Origin: Lingula anatina
Taxonomy: Eukaryota > Animalia > Brachiopoda
NCBI GenBank assembly: GCA_051362555.1
Contig: CM120640.1
Location: 44,060,788-44,124,787 of the forward strand
Direction: 5' to 3'
Length of the DNA: 64,000 nucleotides
Shown here: positions 54,252-64,000 of the stretch, in pieces
Layout of the letters: each line of letters begins with the position of its first letter
Position numbering within the stretch: position 1 is the first letter of the stretch
Notes under the pieces: model-generated
Databases searched by the model: none
What the model saw: the letters and a program-made list of their open reading frames with translations, nothing else
Told to the model about the DNA's origin: nothing
Translations under genes and position numbers: made by a program

Positions 54252-55400
54252 CAAATTTTGCAGCATGCCGTAAATATGGGCATAAATATCCAACTAATAC
54301 AACTTTATCATTCATGATCCTTTTTGAGCCAATTTTAAATTGAATTAAGTCAACTTTTTCAAATTGCAATTTTCATTCAGCTTAGTTAGGGGAACGCTAA
54401 AATTCATCAGGCTCCACCATATGTTACATCGTCTACGTTTGTACGAGTGGCTGAGTAGCTATTAGAGAACATAACAACAATGAATGGGTGGTTTGCAGAA
54501 TGTGATACTCTGTTCATGCGTACATGCTGGCTTTGTCAATTGGCGGCAAAACGACTCAAGGCTTATTTGGAGAATATCTGATAAGACAGAAATCATTTGT
54601 AGAAAAAAAAGAACACACTGTGCGTACAAGCGAAAGCGTGGCGGCGCGCCTAGGTACCACATTTCTATGTGCTCCTGCACTCAAGCTGTGCTCAAGGTTA
54701 CAGAAGCCAGCCGAGTAATTAACGGCGCGAATGTGCAGTCCAAGCCAGCTGGTGACAAACAAAGCCTGGTTGTCAATGGAGCGTGTCGATGGAAAGTGGG
54801 GCATTAGATTAATAACCAATTAACAAATTAGCATGGATTTTATGGATTTTATGATAACAAATGGGCAAAAGTTGGTGGGTCTAAACTTACTGTGCAAAGG
54901 TCACTGCATATAACACGTACACTTTTTATATACACCACCAGTTTGGAATATTACTGTAAATACGAATATATGTAAATTGCCATTGCGTTTTAGGATGCTC
55001 TCTCCTAAAACCAAAAATACAAGGGAGGTACGATGGTATGAATACTACTGCTGCTCCGATATCAATGTTTTTGTTATCATTAAAAATATACATAAATGTA
55101 TGTTATCAAATATATACGTATATACTGTACATACAGAGTTGACATTTATTAAATAGTTCGGTATAAAATGTATGTCTAGGTTTAAAATACTGTTTTTTTA
55201 ATGTATTGTTCATACAAGAAACGGGTATACAGGAATGTGTGATAAGGTGTGTCAGTAACAGTTGAACGACTACATGTACCTTGTTTGTAACACTGCTGCG
55301 CTACGTAATGCGTTGTGATTCTATTGGGTAGCTCTTTTTGGGCTGGTCCTAGTATGACGTCCTAGCTGACCAGAGCATAGGTCTACCGAAAAAATTCTCC

Positions 55401-56410
55401 ATGTTTCGGCAACGCCTGCATAGAAGAAATTGCATACAAGCGGCAGGTTTTACGGCGCATGACCTGAGCGTGTCACAGCATTGTTGACACGAATCAGATA
55501 AACATTGCTGGACAGCTCACTTTGTCACAACCAACGATCCGTTAAGTTTCACAATGATATGTAGGAATGATACTATATTTCTAGGCAGAAACCACTCCTA
55601 AGGCGTTTAAAACCAACTGCCACGAGGCAGGATCAGCTGCTCTTTCGGTTTTGCTAAAACATCGAATCAAAGCCCACCAGGATCCTTCAAAATGACAGTC
55701 AGATTCCAGCCAAGAACCGTTTTCCGAGGTCCATGCAGGTTTCTATACCAAGACACCCCAGAAGAAGCCTTGAACAGGGCAACATCGTCGTCTGCAATGA
55801 GCTAGGAACCATCAGCACTCCAGCACAACCCGGGACCATACAGTTTTCATTGATGAGGTCATTTTAAACCTGTATCGCCGAGATAGTCGAGTTAGAGTTT
55901 TCTTACTTCGTACAGAGGCTATCTGACGAAGAGTGTGTCGCGCCTAGAACGACTGGGGCGGAGGGGACATCTGTGTTTGTGGCACAATTTTGGTACCAAA
56001 ACCCCAATGGGATGTCATCGATAAAAACCTGAACTCAGTCAAATACAGGAATATTCAGCGAATATTCTAGTAATCGACTGCCTTTGATTAGCTAGAGGGC
56101 ATGTAGCTCCGGTACAATTTATTTTGCAAGATAACAACCCCCGTTCACATACAGCAATCGCAGATTACTTGCAGAACCAAGGGGCTACTTTGACCATCTA
56201 AATCGCCAGACATGAACCCAATTATATAGGGGGAATTTGTGGTCACTAATTACCCAACGAATAAACTGTCTACTGGTCTTACGACAAATCTGAACTAACG
56301 CAGACAAGCTCTGACCGATGCATGGGATGGTATACAAACCAAGCTTCAAGAAACGTGTCAGAAAGAATGCCTTGTAGCAACAAAAGAAGGCGAAACGCGA
56401 CACTGGCCAT
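55401..56410 (+). mobile_element. Degenerate Tc1-family DDE transposase (pseudogenised), in the GPCR intron, antisense to the host gene
   Basis: Collinear decayed motifs across frameshifts and stops: TATRQDQLLFRF, RRLQ*ARNHQH, TVFIDE (55840), DSRVRVF, GGGDICVCGTI, IDKNLNSVKYRNI, FILQDNNPRSHTA (56118), *PSKSPDMNPI..NLWS, ECLVATKEGETRH. TIRs not resolved. Confidence 0.88.
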
Positions 56411-58596
56411 TTCTTTGACTTGACATTGCTATTCCTGCTCTTTGTGGGGCGTGTCATACGAATCATAATTTGGAAAATGCGGACATCGAAATAATGCATA
56501 AAATGACTGTTGTTACATGAAGGACTTGAAATCAGCCATGTACCTTGTAATGCTTTTTTGAGGTATTGATAAAGGCAATTACAGTACTGATGTCACAATG
56601 ACACGAACAGAATGTTTTGTTATTAAACAGGATTAAAAGCATTGTTTTATTTATTACTCAGAAAATTGGTAAAAAATTAAAAAGAAATGTTTTGGAAAAA
56701 AGTATTACATATGATATGTTAATTTTGTACATAAATAAAAAATAAACTGTTCTTTAAATCACAGCAATAATAATACTTTGATTTAATTTGATTATGACTC
56801 AATATCACGCCTGTGACTGCGTGCTATAACGAGTAAATAACAATCTATTTGTTCATACAACTAAGAATAATGAGGTTCGTGAAGCAATAATTGTGTGGTG
56901 GGAAATCATTATTGTTACCAAATATTGTCGCTGTTGTTGCCATTGTTTTTGTTTATCGGTTACTTAGTTACCAGCATCGTATTATATTATACAAATATAT
57001 ACAGGGTATATAACCAAGAAATAAAACAGAATGGCGAGAATTCATCATGATTGCTTTTTATTTCCTCTCTACAGCTCACCAGGTGTGCAAATAATTTAAA
57101 TCACAAATTGAATCAATTATATACTAGCACTCCTTTATGACTAAGATAGAGAAAACTTACGAAAACTGAGAATGCTGAAACATCCTGTATATCATGATAG
57201 AATTTATCATTAATATAAAACTGACACGAAGCCATACATATTAACGTACCCTGATAATTTCCGTAATGATTACATGCTGTGGAGTAAACGCAAATAAACA
57301 TAATGCACTTTCATTGAGTGGACACAAAAAGAAATCAAACATCGAAAACAAAATGCGTAAATTATTCACCATCAGCCTGCAATGTTCTCTTAAGTCAGAC
57401 TGATTAACACTCGCGTCTATAATTGCAATATCTGTTCATACGGGCTAAAATGTAGTTTATTAGAAAAATCAATATGTGTTTGAATGCTTTTTTTTCGGTA
57501 ACTTAAGTCCTAATTCATAAAGACTTGTCGGGTATACAGGCCTAAAGAGCAACGGGATATTACTCAAACCTTACCCAGCGGAGTTTACATGTAAACTAAA
57601 TTCACTTGAATATAAGGCGAATGACAGCAAATATTAAAAACCTGACAATGTATAAGGTAATCCAATGCTTGTGCTTTTATTGCACCTGTGTTGCAATGTA
57701 GCTGTGGATAAATCAACGTGTAAGACAAAGTTTAATAACGGTAGACTTACTGGACAGTTAGCAGACTGAAACATGTCAGTTAGTCAATAATTCAATATAC
57801 ATGCAATTGCAATAAAAGAATCCAAGATAGTGTGAATGAAATCAGGCCTTATCTGTCGTCACTTTGTAATAGCAAAATAATTGAAAAAAAGCATTGGAGG
57901 TTATACCCAATACCCTTTATTCCATTTTTAAATGGTCATCGGATACGAAAATTACTTCTGTACACCTACATTGTACAATGGTTATAAATAAGAATAAAAA
58001 TAGGAGAGAGCCTTTTCATTGTAGATAATATCGGTGGGCGAAAAATTTTACTTTGGGGTCCATTGATGAAAACTGTCTGTGTAACACATGATAAATTCTG
58101 TTTGAGCAAGCATTCTGTTTGTTTCTCGTTTTTTCCATGTAATGACTTTGAATCATTTAAAACCTTATTTCTATCTGACCTTAACTGCAAGATTGATTCC
58201 GTTGTGTGTTTTCCCTGCAGTGAAGGAGCTGCAGTGCGTTTCTACTCCAGACGGTAGACCAATCAATCAAGGCGTTCAGAAATAACCAATCATGCAATTC
58301 AATTAAGGTGTTTAACATTCAGACCACGTTGAAATCTGAGGAGTGGTTTCAACAAATAAATGATTTTGAGGTCGAAAGTATGGAATAGAAAAAATAGCCA
58401 GACAAAAATACCGTAATAGTAAAACCTATAATAGTTTCAGTGTTATCGTCACATTAGATTAAACACCATCTTATAAATACCTTTCCAAACAAAGCAGATT
58501 TTGGATCATTACGATATACATCCCAATATCATTTACTGTTTCTGCGATTAAGTTGATTTTTTAAATATTTAGAGTGTAAATGACTTCTCTATTTAC

Positions 58597-59063
58597 CTTT
58601 CAATGCAGAGAGCGATCTGGTTCATCACTGAAGCATACCAGCTGAGTACTATACCGTATCTTAACCCCTTGCAGGCAACCACGCCAAGGAGATACCCCTG
58701 GTCAATGCTGAACAGGACCGTGTCCGGTATGCCCAAGGCCAAGATGATGAAGTCTGCCACAGCCAGATTAATGATGAATAAGTTGGTAACGGACGCTCGC
58801 ATCTTCCTATCCGACAACACGCCGTAGATGACCATGAGGTTTCCCGCGATGCCAATGAGGATGAAAATCCAGAGGATGAGAGAGACGAGGATAAGCCCTT
58901 CTGTCGAAACCTTATCGTCATTTCGCTCGCCATCATGGTATTCAGTGCTATTGGAACTTATTGTAACGTTGAAAAAGCCTCTAGTATAATTATTCACGAA
59001 ACCGTCAATTTTGTTTCTTTCTTCTTCAAGGCCCGTGTTATAACTGTTGCTTCTATTGCCCAT
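58597..59063 (-). CDS. Class A (rhodopsin-like) neuropeptide GPCR, exon 1 (N-terminus, TM1-TM3); resembles invertebrate NPR-15-like / TRH-ghrelin-receptor-related orphans
   Basis: N-glycosylation sequons (NRS, NYT, NVT, NST), GIAGN in TM1, TNLFIINLAVAD in TM2, ECL1-TM3 Cys, then CIE(R) ending at donor AG|GTAAAT. 467 nt, phase 2. Subfamily assignment is by recall only. Confidence 0.93.
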
Positions 59064-61531
59064 ATTCAGTTACACATGTGAAACCAACAACCGATCACAA
59101 TGTGTTGGGACATCACAGACTGATAATTGCAAGCACTGTCTGCCGATGCTAAGTGTTGTGAACGCGGAATACCAACTTATATATATATCTATGCGCAGGT
59201 AATTTCCATAATGTACCATGCCGGTGAGTCCTGCGATTGGATTTTGATCTGCACTTAGAAATACGCTGGAATTAAAAAGAGTGAGACTGCAATTGCGCAA
59301 GACGTTCGGAACATAAAAGTTGTGTGTACTATTTATAGTCTTCTCTGATTTTAAAAAAATGATCTGAGGCGTAATTTGGTAATATAATCACACATCTACG
59401 TCAATTTAACGTGTCCCTAATTACACGAACAAAAATCTTTACATACTAATTGCAGTTTTCGCGGGCACTTTGACATAATTAAGTGAATGTCTATATTTTA
59501 GAGCAATTTACAGTTTGTGTGGGAATTATTCAAGTGTTTTATTTATGCACGCAATGAAAGGGAGTTCTTAGCCACCATGAACTGTGTTAAAGGGCTGCGC
59601 CAATGGAAAATAAATGTAGACCTCTTTCCATTCTTGTTTCGACAAACGATTCGAAGGGCTTCTCGCAAACCTTAACGCTCATCATGCAATCAATATATTT
59701 AGTTTATCTATAATCCTCTTTCGCATTTAAGTTACAAAGCAATAGTTATTCATCCCTTATGTTCTTGGCGATAAACCCGAACTGAATCTGAAGGATCTAC
59801 ACATAACACCCTCAATATGCCTTCTCACATCGAGCGTTATATCTTAGCGATACAGGTATGGGTTGGGGGTTCTGATATGTAATTGCCCAGCAGGGGCCTT
59901 GACTCACTTTTACAAGTTCGCTTCCTGCTGAAATGCGGAGGTTTATTAATGGTTAATATCCTAGATATAGCAAAATCTCTCGACTCTCTAGCATAAAATC
60001 AAGCGTGAATTCAAGGGATTTCAAAAAGAACGGGATCAATAAAATGACAATATATGTAAAAACCGACGGAATTTTTCCAAGGATACTTTACTGTTTGGTT
60101 ATCTTAAGTTATGTAGATTTACATTCTTTTGCACAACAGCACACGGCACGTGTACATTGTTTTACGTGTTCCTTTTGTTTTGGTTTCTAAATAAGCCGCC
60201 TTTATCAGCGTATAGAGTTTCATCCTTATTGCCAATAGGTTAGGGTATTCTTGCTCTTTTTATGATCTCTTTTTTTTTAGTCCCACACATTGCCGACAGC
60301 TTCGTTTATTTGTATATCTCGGATGATATCCATTGCCTACGTCTAGCGCGGGGGCTTCGTTTAGGTGACTCTCTTAATGCCAATCTGCAGTGTATAAAAC
60401 ATACTTGTACAGGTGTATCGCTTAGATGTAGCGATAGGTGAGGAAAAAGGGTAAATAAACAGAATGGTTATTGTAGGTATAGCTTACACGTGTAGGCATG
60501 TGTAGAATGGGTATACAGAAAAAAAAACACATGTTTATCTCACTGTTTTCAATCAAGAAACAAAGTTCATGGACCCCTATTCACCATCACCTTCACCTTT
60601 TTGAACTTTAGGAACTATTTTTAGTAAAATAATATCTTAATATCTTAACTACCTATTTATTTATTGACTTAATTCATCTTATTCTGTTCATTTTACCAAT
60701 GTAAAGTCTACTGAACATTTTATATGGATTTTAGACTATTAATAAACATTATTATTATTATTATTATTATAAAATTTTATTATTATTAAAATAAGACATA
60801 ATTATAATCTATTTGTTTGATTTGACCATGTAAAAGTTAACGTAAAAGTTTCAGAACTCTTCATTATGCGAAACATTTTAATTGAAATACATATGAAACT
60901 GAAAAAAATGATAATAAAATATTAAGTCGATTGATCACTAAATGATCGAACAAATGATGTATCCAGTTACCAGTTACCGGTTCTCTTTGCTAAAATGTTT
61001 TAAATAACTTACTACATAGTCGGGTAGTCACTCCCATGCCTATAACAGTTTCTATACCTTAGTGTCTTTGGTTGTTGCTGCTTACCACAGGCCCGTACTA
61101 GCTTGCAATTGCAAAAGGGGGGGGTCTGAAAATGTGGATCTTTTGTCATGAAACCTTGTTTACCTAGATCAAATTTACCCAGAGTGGACCTTTTTCCAGC
61201 AAACCCCTAACCATTATAACTCAATGGACAGCGGACTTTTTGTTACACGGACCCTCAGATTCGTTACACCTGTGCTAATGTCTAGGTCTACGTCACCTAA
61301 ATGTGTGTAAATATGTTCAATAACACTGCGCAAGAGTCTGTCCCTTGTATTATCGCATGCAAATGTATGTACAGATGATCTAACTAAATGTTTGTGAGTT
61401 TCTGCTTCAAAGGTTGTCAATGGTTTTGAGGAAATTGAGGACAGGGTTTCCCTCCAGAATAGTGCTTCAGATGATTAAATGAAACACGTATGATGAACAG
61501 AATATCCAGTGTATGACATATATAGCATATA

Positions 61532-61607
61532 CAGGGTGGTTCATAAAAACGACCGATTTTACTATTATACAGGAAAGTAAAATAGATCATTTTTATGAAC
61601 CACCCTG
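61532..61607. mobile_element. 76-bp Tc1/mariner-type palindromic MITE (Made1-like) with TA TSD
   Basis: TA|CAGGGTGGTTCATAAAAA...TTTTTATGAACCACCCTG|TA. Arms are 32 bp with 3 mismatches around a 12-nt loop. Confidence 0.88.
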
Positions 61608-61714
61608 TATATTCATTTATAGTATTGTTGGTCTATCTCAATTGGCGATCACGTTATACTAAAACTAATTAATATGGGACACCTTGAGAAGATAACGCAA
61701 CTGGAAAATGAATA

Positions 61715-62510
61715 GTTGAGGCCACCATCTTGAATCTAAAAGGCATTTTAATTTCCTCTGTATTCCCAAGAAACAAATCGTGATAATTATTAAAGATACC
61801 AATGTATTGCCAAATGAATTTAACTACATAACTCAGTAAATTTTGTTTGAAGTTTCTATAAGATATATGAGTTCACTTTTGATTCCGTGCATGGAAACAA
61901 TACTAATATTCTACAAAACATTTGAGCTTCCCATTAATAAACAAATAAATTGATGATTATATAAGTCTAGACGTGTATTTTGACAAGATAATTATTATTA
62001 TGCTAAAAAATTTCTATTTCTATGGTGGTCCAAGAAAATGCATTTCAAACTGAACAAACTTGTTGGTAATTAATTGGGAAATTTTGGTTGTCACCTTGGA
62101 TTAACATACCATCTTAGATGTGCCTTTAAACAATTGAAACAATCCTCCTATATCAATTTATTGTTAAATAAAAATGACGTATAGGCCTACTTCATTAAAT
62201 ACTTATACATATTATACAGTTTAATAATAATAATAATAATATATATATATATATATATCCCTTTATATATTTTAAAAATAAGATACACTTTGTTCCTTTG
62301 ACTCATAATGGTAAGGGGTGTATGGCGACCATATTATTTCTTCTCTAATTATAAAGCCTTTATTCTGCGCATAGCTAGTAAAATGCAGATAGTGTAGTAG
62401 AGAATCCAAATTTGATGAAATTTTGCTTTTATCATTTGTTTGACACTTATTCCAAATTAAAGAAAAAATTACTTAATATTGGTGAAATTTTGGTCGACAT
62501 CTTGGATAAA
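61715..62510. repeat. Old degenerate interspersed repeat with recurring GGCGGCCATCTTGGA-like motifs
   Basis: ggccaccatcttgaat (61720), accatcttagat (about 62108), ggcgaccatatt (62324), ggtcgacatcttggat (62492), plus recurring gaaattttg. Confidence 0.35.
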
Positions 62511-62900
62511 GAAGCCAATTTGAATTTTAAAATTAACATTAAAATATTGAAACAATATCATAATCATCCATTTTTTCATTCGTATTTCTAGCCTTGACTC
62601 CCTTACTAGAGGCAGTTCAACTAAATTTTCAAGATATAATTAACACAAATACTAGCGAGTACATGTTAAACATGCTTTTATTTTACACACTTGAGAATAT
62701 TTCGACATTGAAACTTAAATAAAACGTGCCGCCGCACATTTCGCAGGGGATTTAGCTTTAAAGCGGGTTCATCTATAGTGACAGCTAAACCCTTCAAATA
62801 GTAAGAATATGAACTAAGATGGTAAGAACAAGAGCGTCGTGTTGCGCTTTACGTTGTGTGCAGAACATTTTGACGAAAAAGTTTCTTCTTCGACGTCTAA

Positions 62901-63335
62901 AACCCCAATTACACTGGACGGCGTCCTTTCTGCGTCCTTTGTGCGACCATGGAACTGGCCAGGTCGCCGTTGGACGCACAAAGAACGTTCAAGCATCGCC
63001 GATGATGCCATGCTCGTCGCGAATTTTTGAACATGTTCAAAACAATCGCAGAGAGAACGCGATGGAGGATGGACGCTGTAAGGTCGCTCAAGGGACGCAG
63101 AGAGGACACACAAGCAGCGTTGTGGTCGTAGAGAGAAAGGCACAAGCATCGCTTTGTTTGCAGAATGAATGCTCTATGATCGGCCAGTTGTCGGCACGTG
63201 ATGGGAAAATCAAGATTCGGTCGTTCGGACGCAGACGCCTGTACACTGAGACACGTTTTAATTGCTTTGGCGACCGTTGAGCGTCCTGCCCACATTTTTG
63301 ATCGCAGAAAGGACGCCGGCCAGTGTTAAGGGGGC
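62901..63335. mobile_element. PIF/Harbinger-like MITE, about 435 bp
   Basis: TIRs of about 34 bp (aaccccaattacactggacggcgtcctttctgcg versus cgcagaaaggacgccggccagtgttaagggggc). Flanks are TAA and TTA. Internal palindrome TTTTGAACATGTTCAAAA at 63025-63042. A GC-rich island in AT-rich DNA. Confidence 0.75.
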
Positions 63336-64000
63336 TTAGGTTTCAAGGTGAGCAGCGTCTAATGCACGTGACCCATAATGCAAAAAATTACTCTTACTAC
63401 GGATGTTATCAGGATCGGATTACTCTAATGTTATACAAACAAATTAATTCTCAAGGCTGGGCGTTGTAAACTTACAGAGTAGTGTAAAAACGGCAACTGT
63501 TCAGCACACAAAGATCCCCATGAAAACCACCATGTGGCTTTGCACTCACACTGTGAAACATCATTTTTGTCATCTTACCAAAATAGCACGGCTGTAGGCT
63601 GAGAAAAATGTTTCGGGGCAGCTGTTGAGGTCGACAATGTATGCACGAAGGTTATTTGCACCGTAGTGAGTACTCGTGTAGACGCTTACTGAAGGAAAAG
63701 TAAAATACTTCTGATAGCCTGGGAGAAAGAAAAACTCGTATCAATTTTAATTCAATTTTTTCAAAAATATCTGTCCCTTTCCTGCGCCCCACAACATACG
63801 ACCCTTGTTAAAACACCACTGCCCCACAACAATTATCATTGTTTTCCTAAATTCCATATTCTGCACATGTATACAGTTTACAAGAAATCCAAAGTAATTT
63901 GAAATATGTATAAATATAAGTCTGAAAGAAATTGTGGCAGAGTAAAGACCGCGGGTCACAGTTTTCTTTAAAAGAGACTTTTGTACTACCTTTCACGACA

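Noticed and set aside
54051-54369. SLSLSL/YIYIY ORFs
   Set aside because: Translations of microsatellite.
62794-63295. Cluster of 60-153-aa ORFs on both strands
   Set aside because: They coincide with a GC-rich MITE that is poor in stop codons; no transposase motifs.

Overview
AT-rich animal genomic DNA with spliceosomal GT-AG introns. The protein style and repeat content suggest a marine invertebrate, probably a lophotrochozoan such as a mollusc (inference). There are two convergent protein-coding genes. (1) On the + strand, a small-conductance Ca2+-activated K+ channel (SK/KCNN) in 9 coding exons from 15436 to 37980 gives 757 aa with all splice phases consistent; candidate non-coding 5' exons lie upstream. 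(2) On the - strand, a two-exon class A neuropeptide-type GPCR (59063-58597 and 46526-45803) gives 396 aa. Non-coding DNA holds a 551-bp MITE with 103-bp TIRs and a 5-bp TSD, a decayed Tc1 transposase, a 76-bp Made1-like hairpin MITE, a Harbinger-like MITE, a degenerate ~40-bp minisatellite, a ~300-bp tandem duplication and microsatellites. The most interesting leads are a candidate in-frame 12-nt microexon at the SK calmodulin-binding-domain site where vertebrate SK channels take ARK/AQK inserts, further candidate cassette or poison exons around the pore, a strong excess of the palindrome TACATGTA (possible Tc1/mariner excision footprints), and a possible stop-codon readthrough tail. Most short ORFs in the supplied track are spurious.
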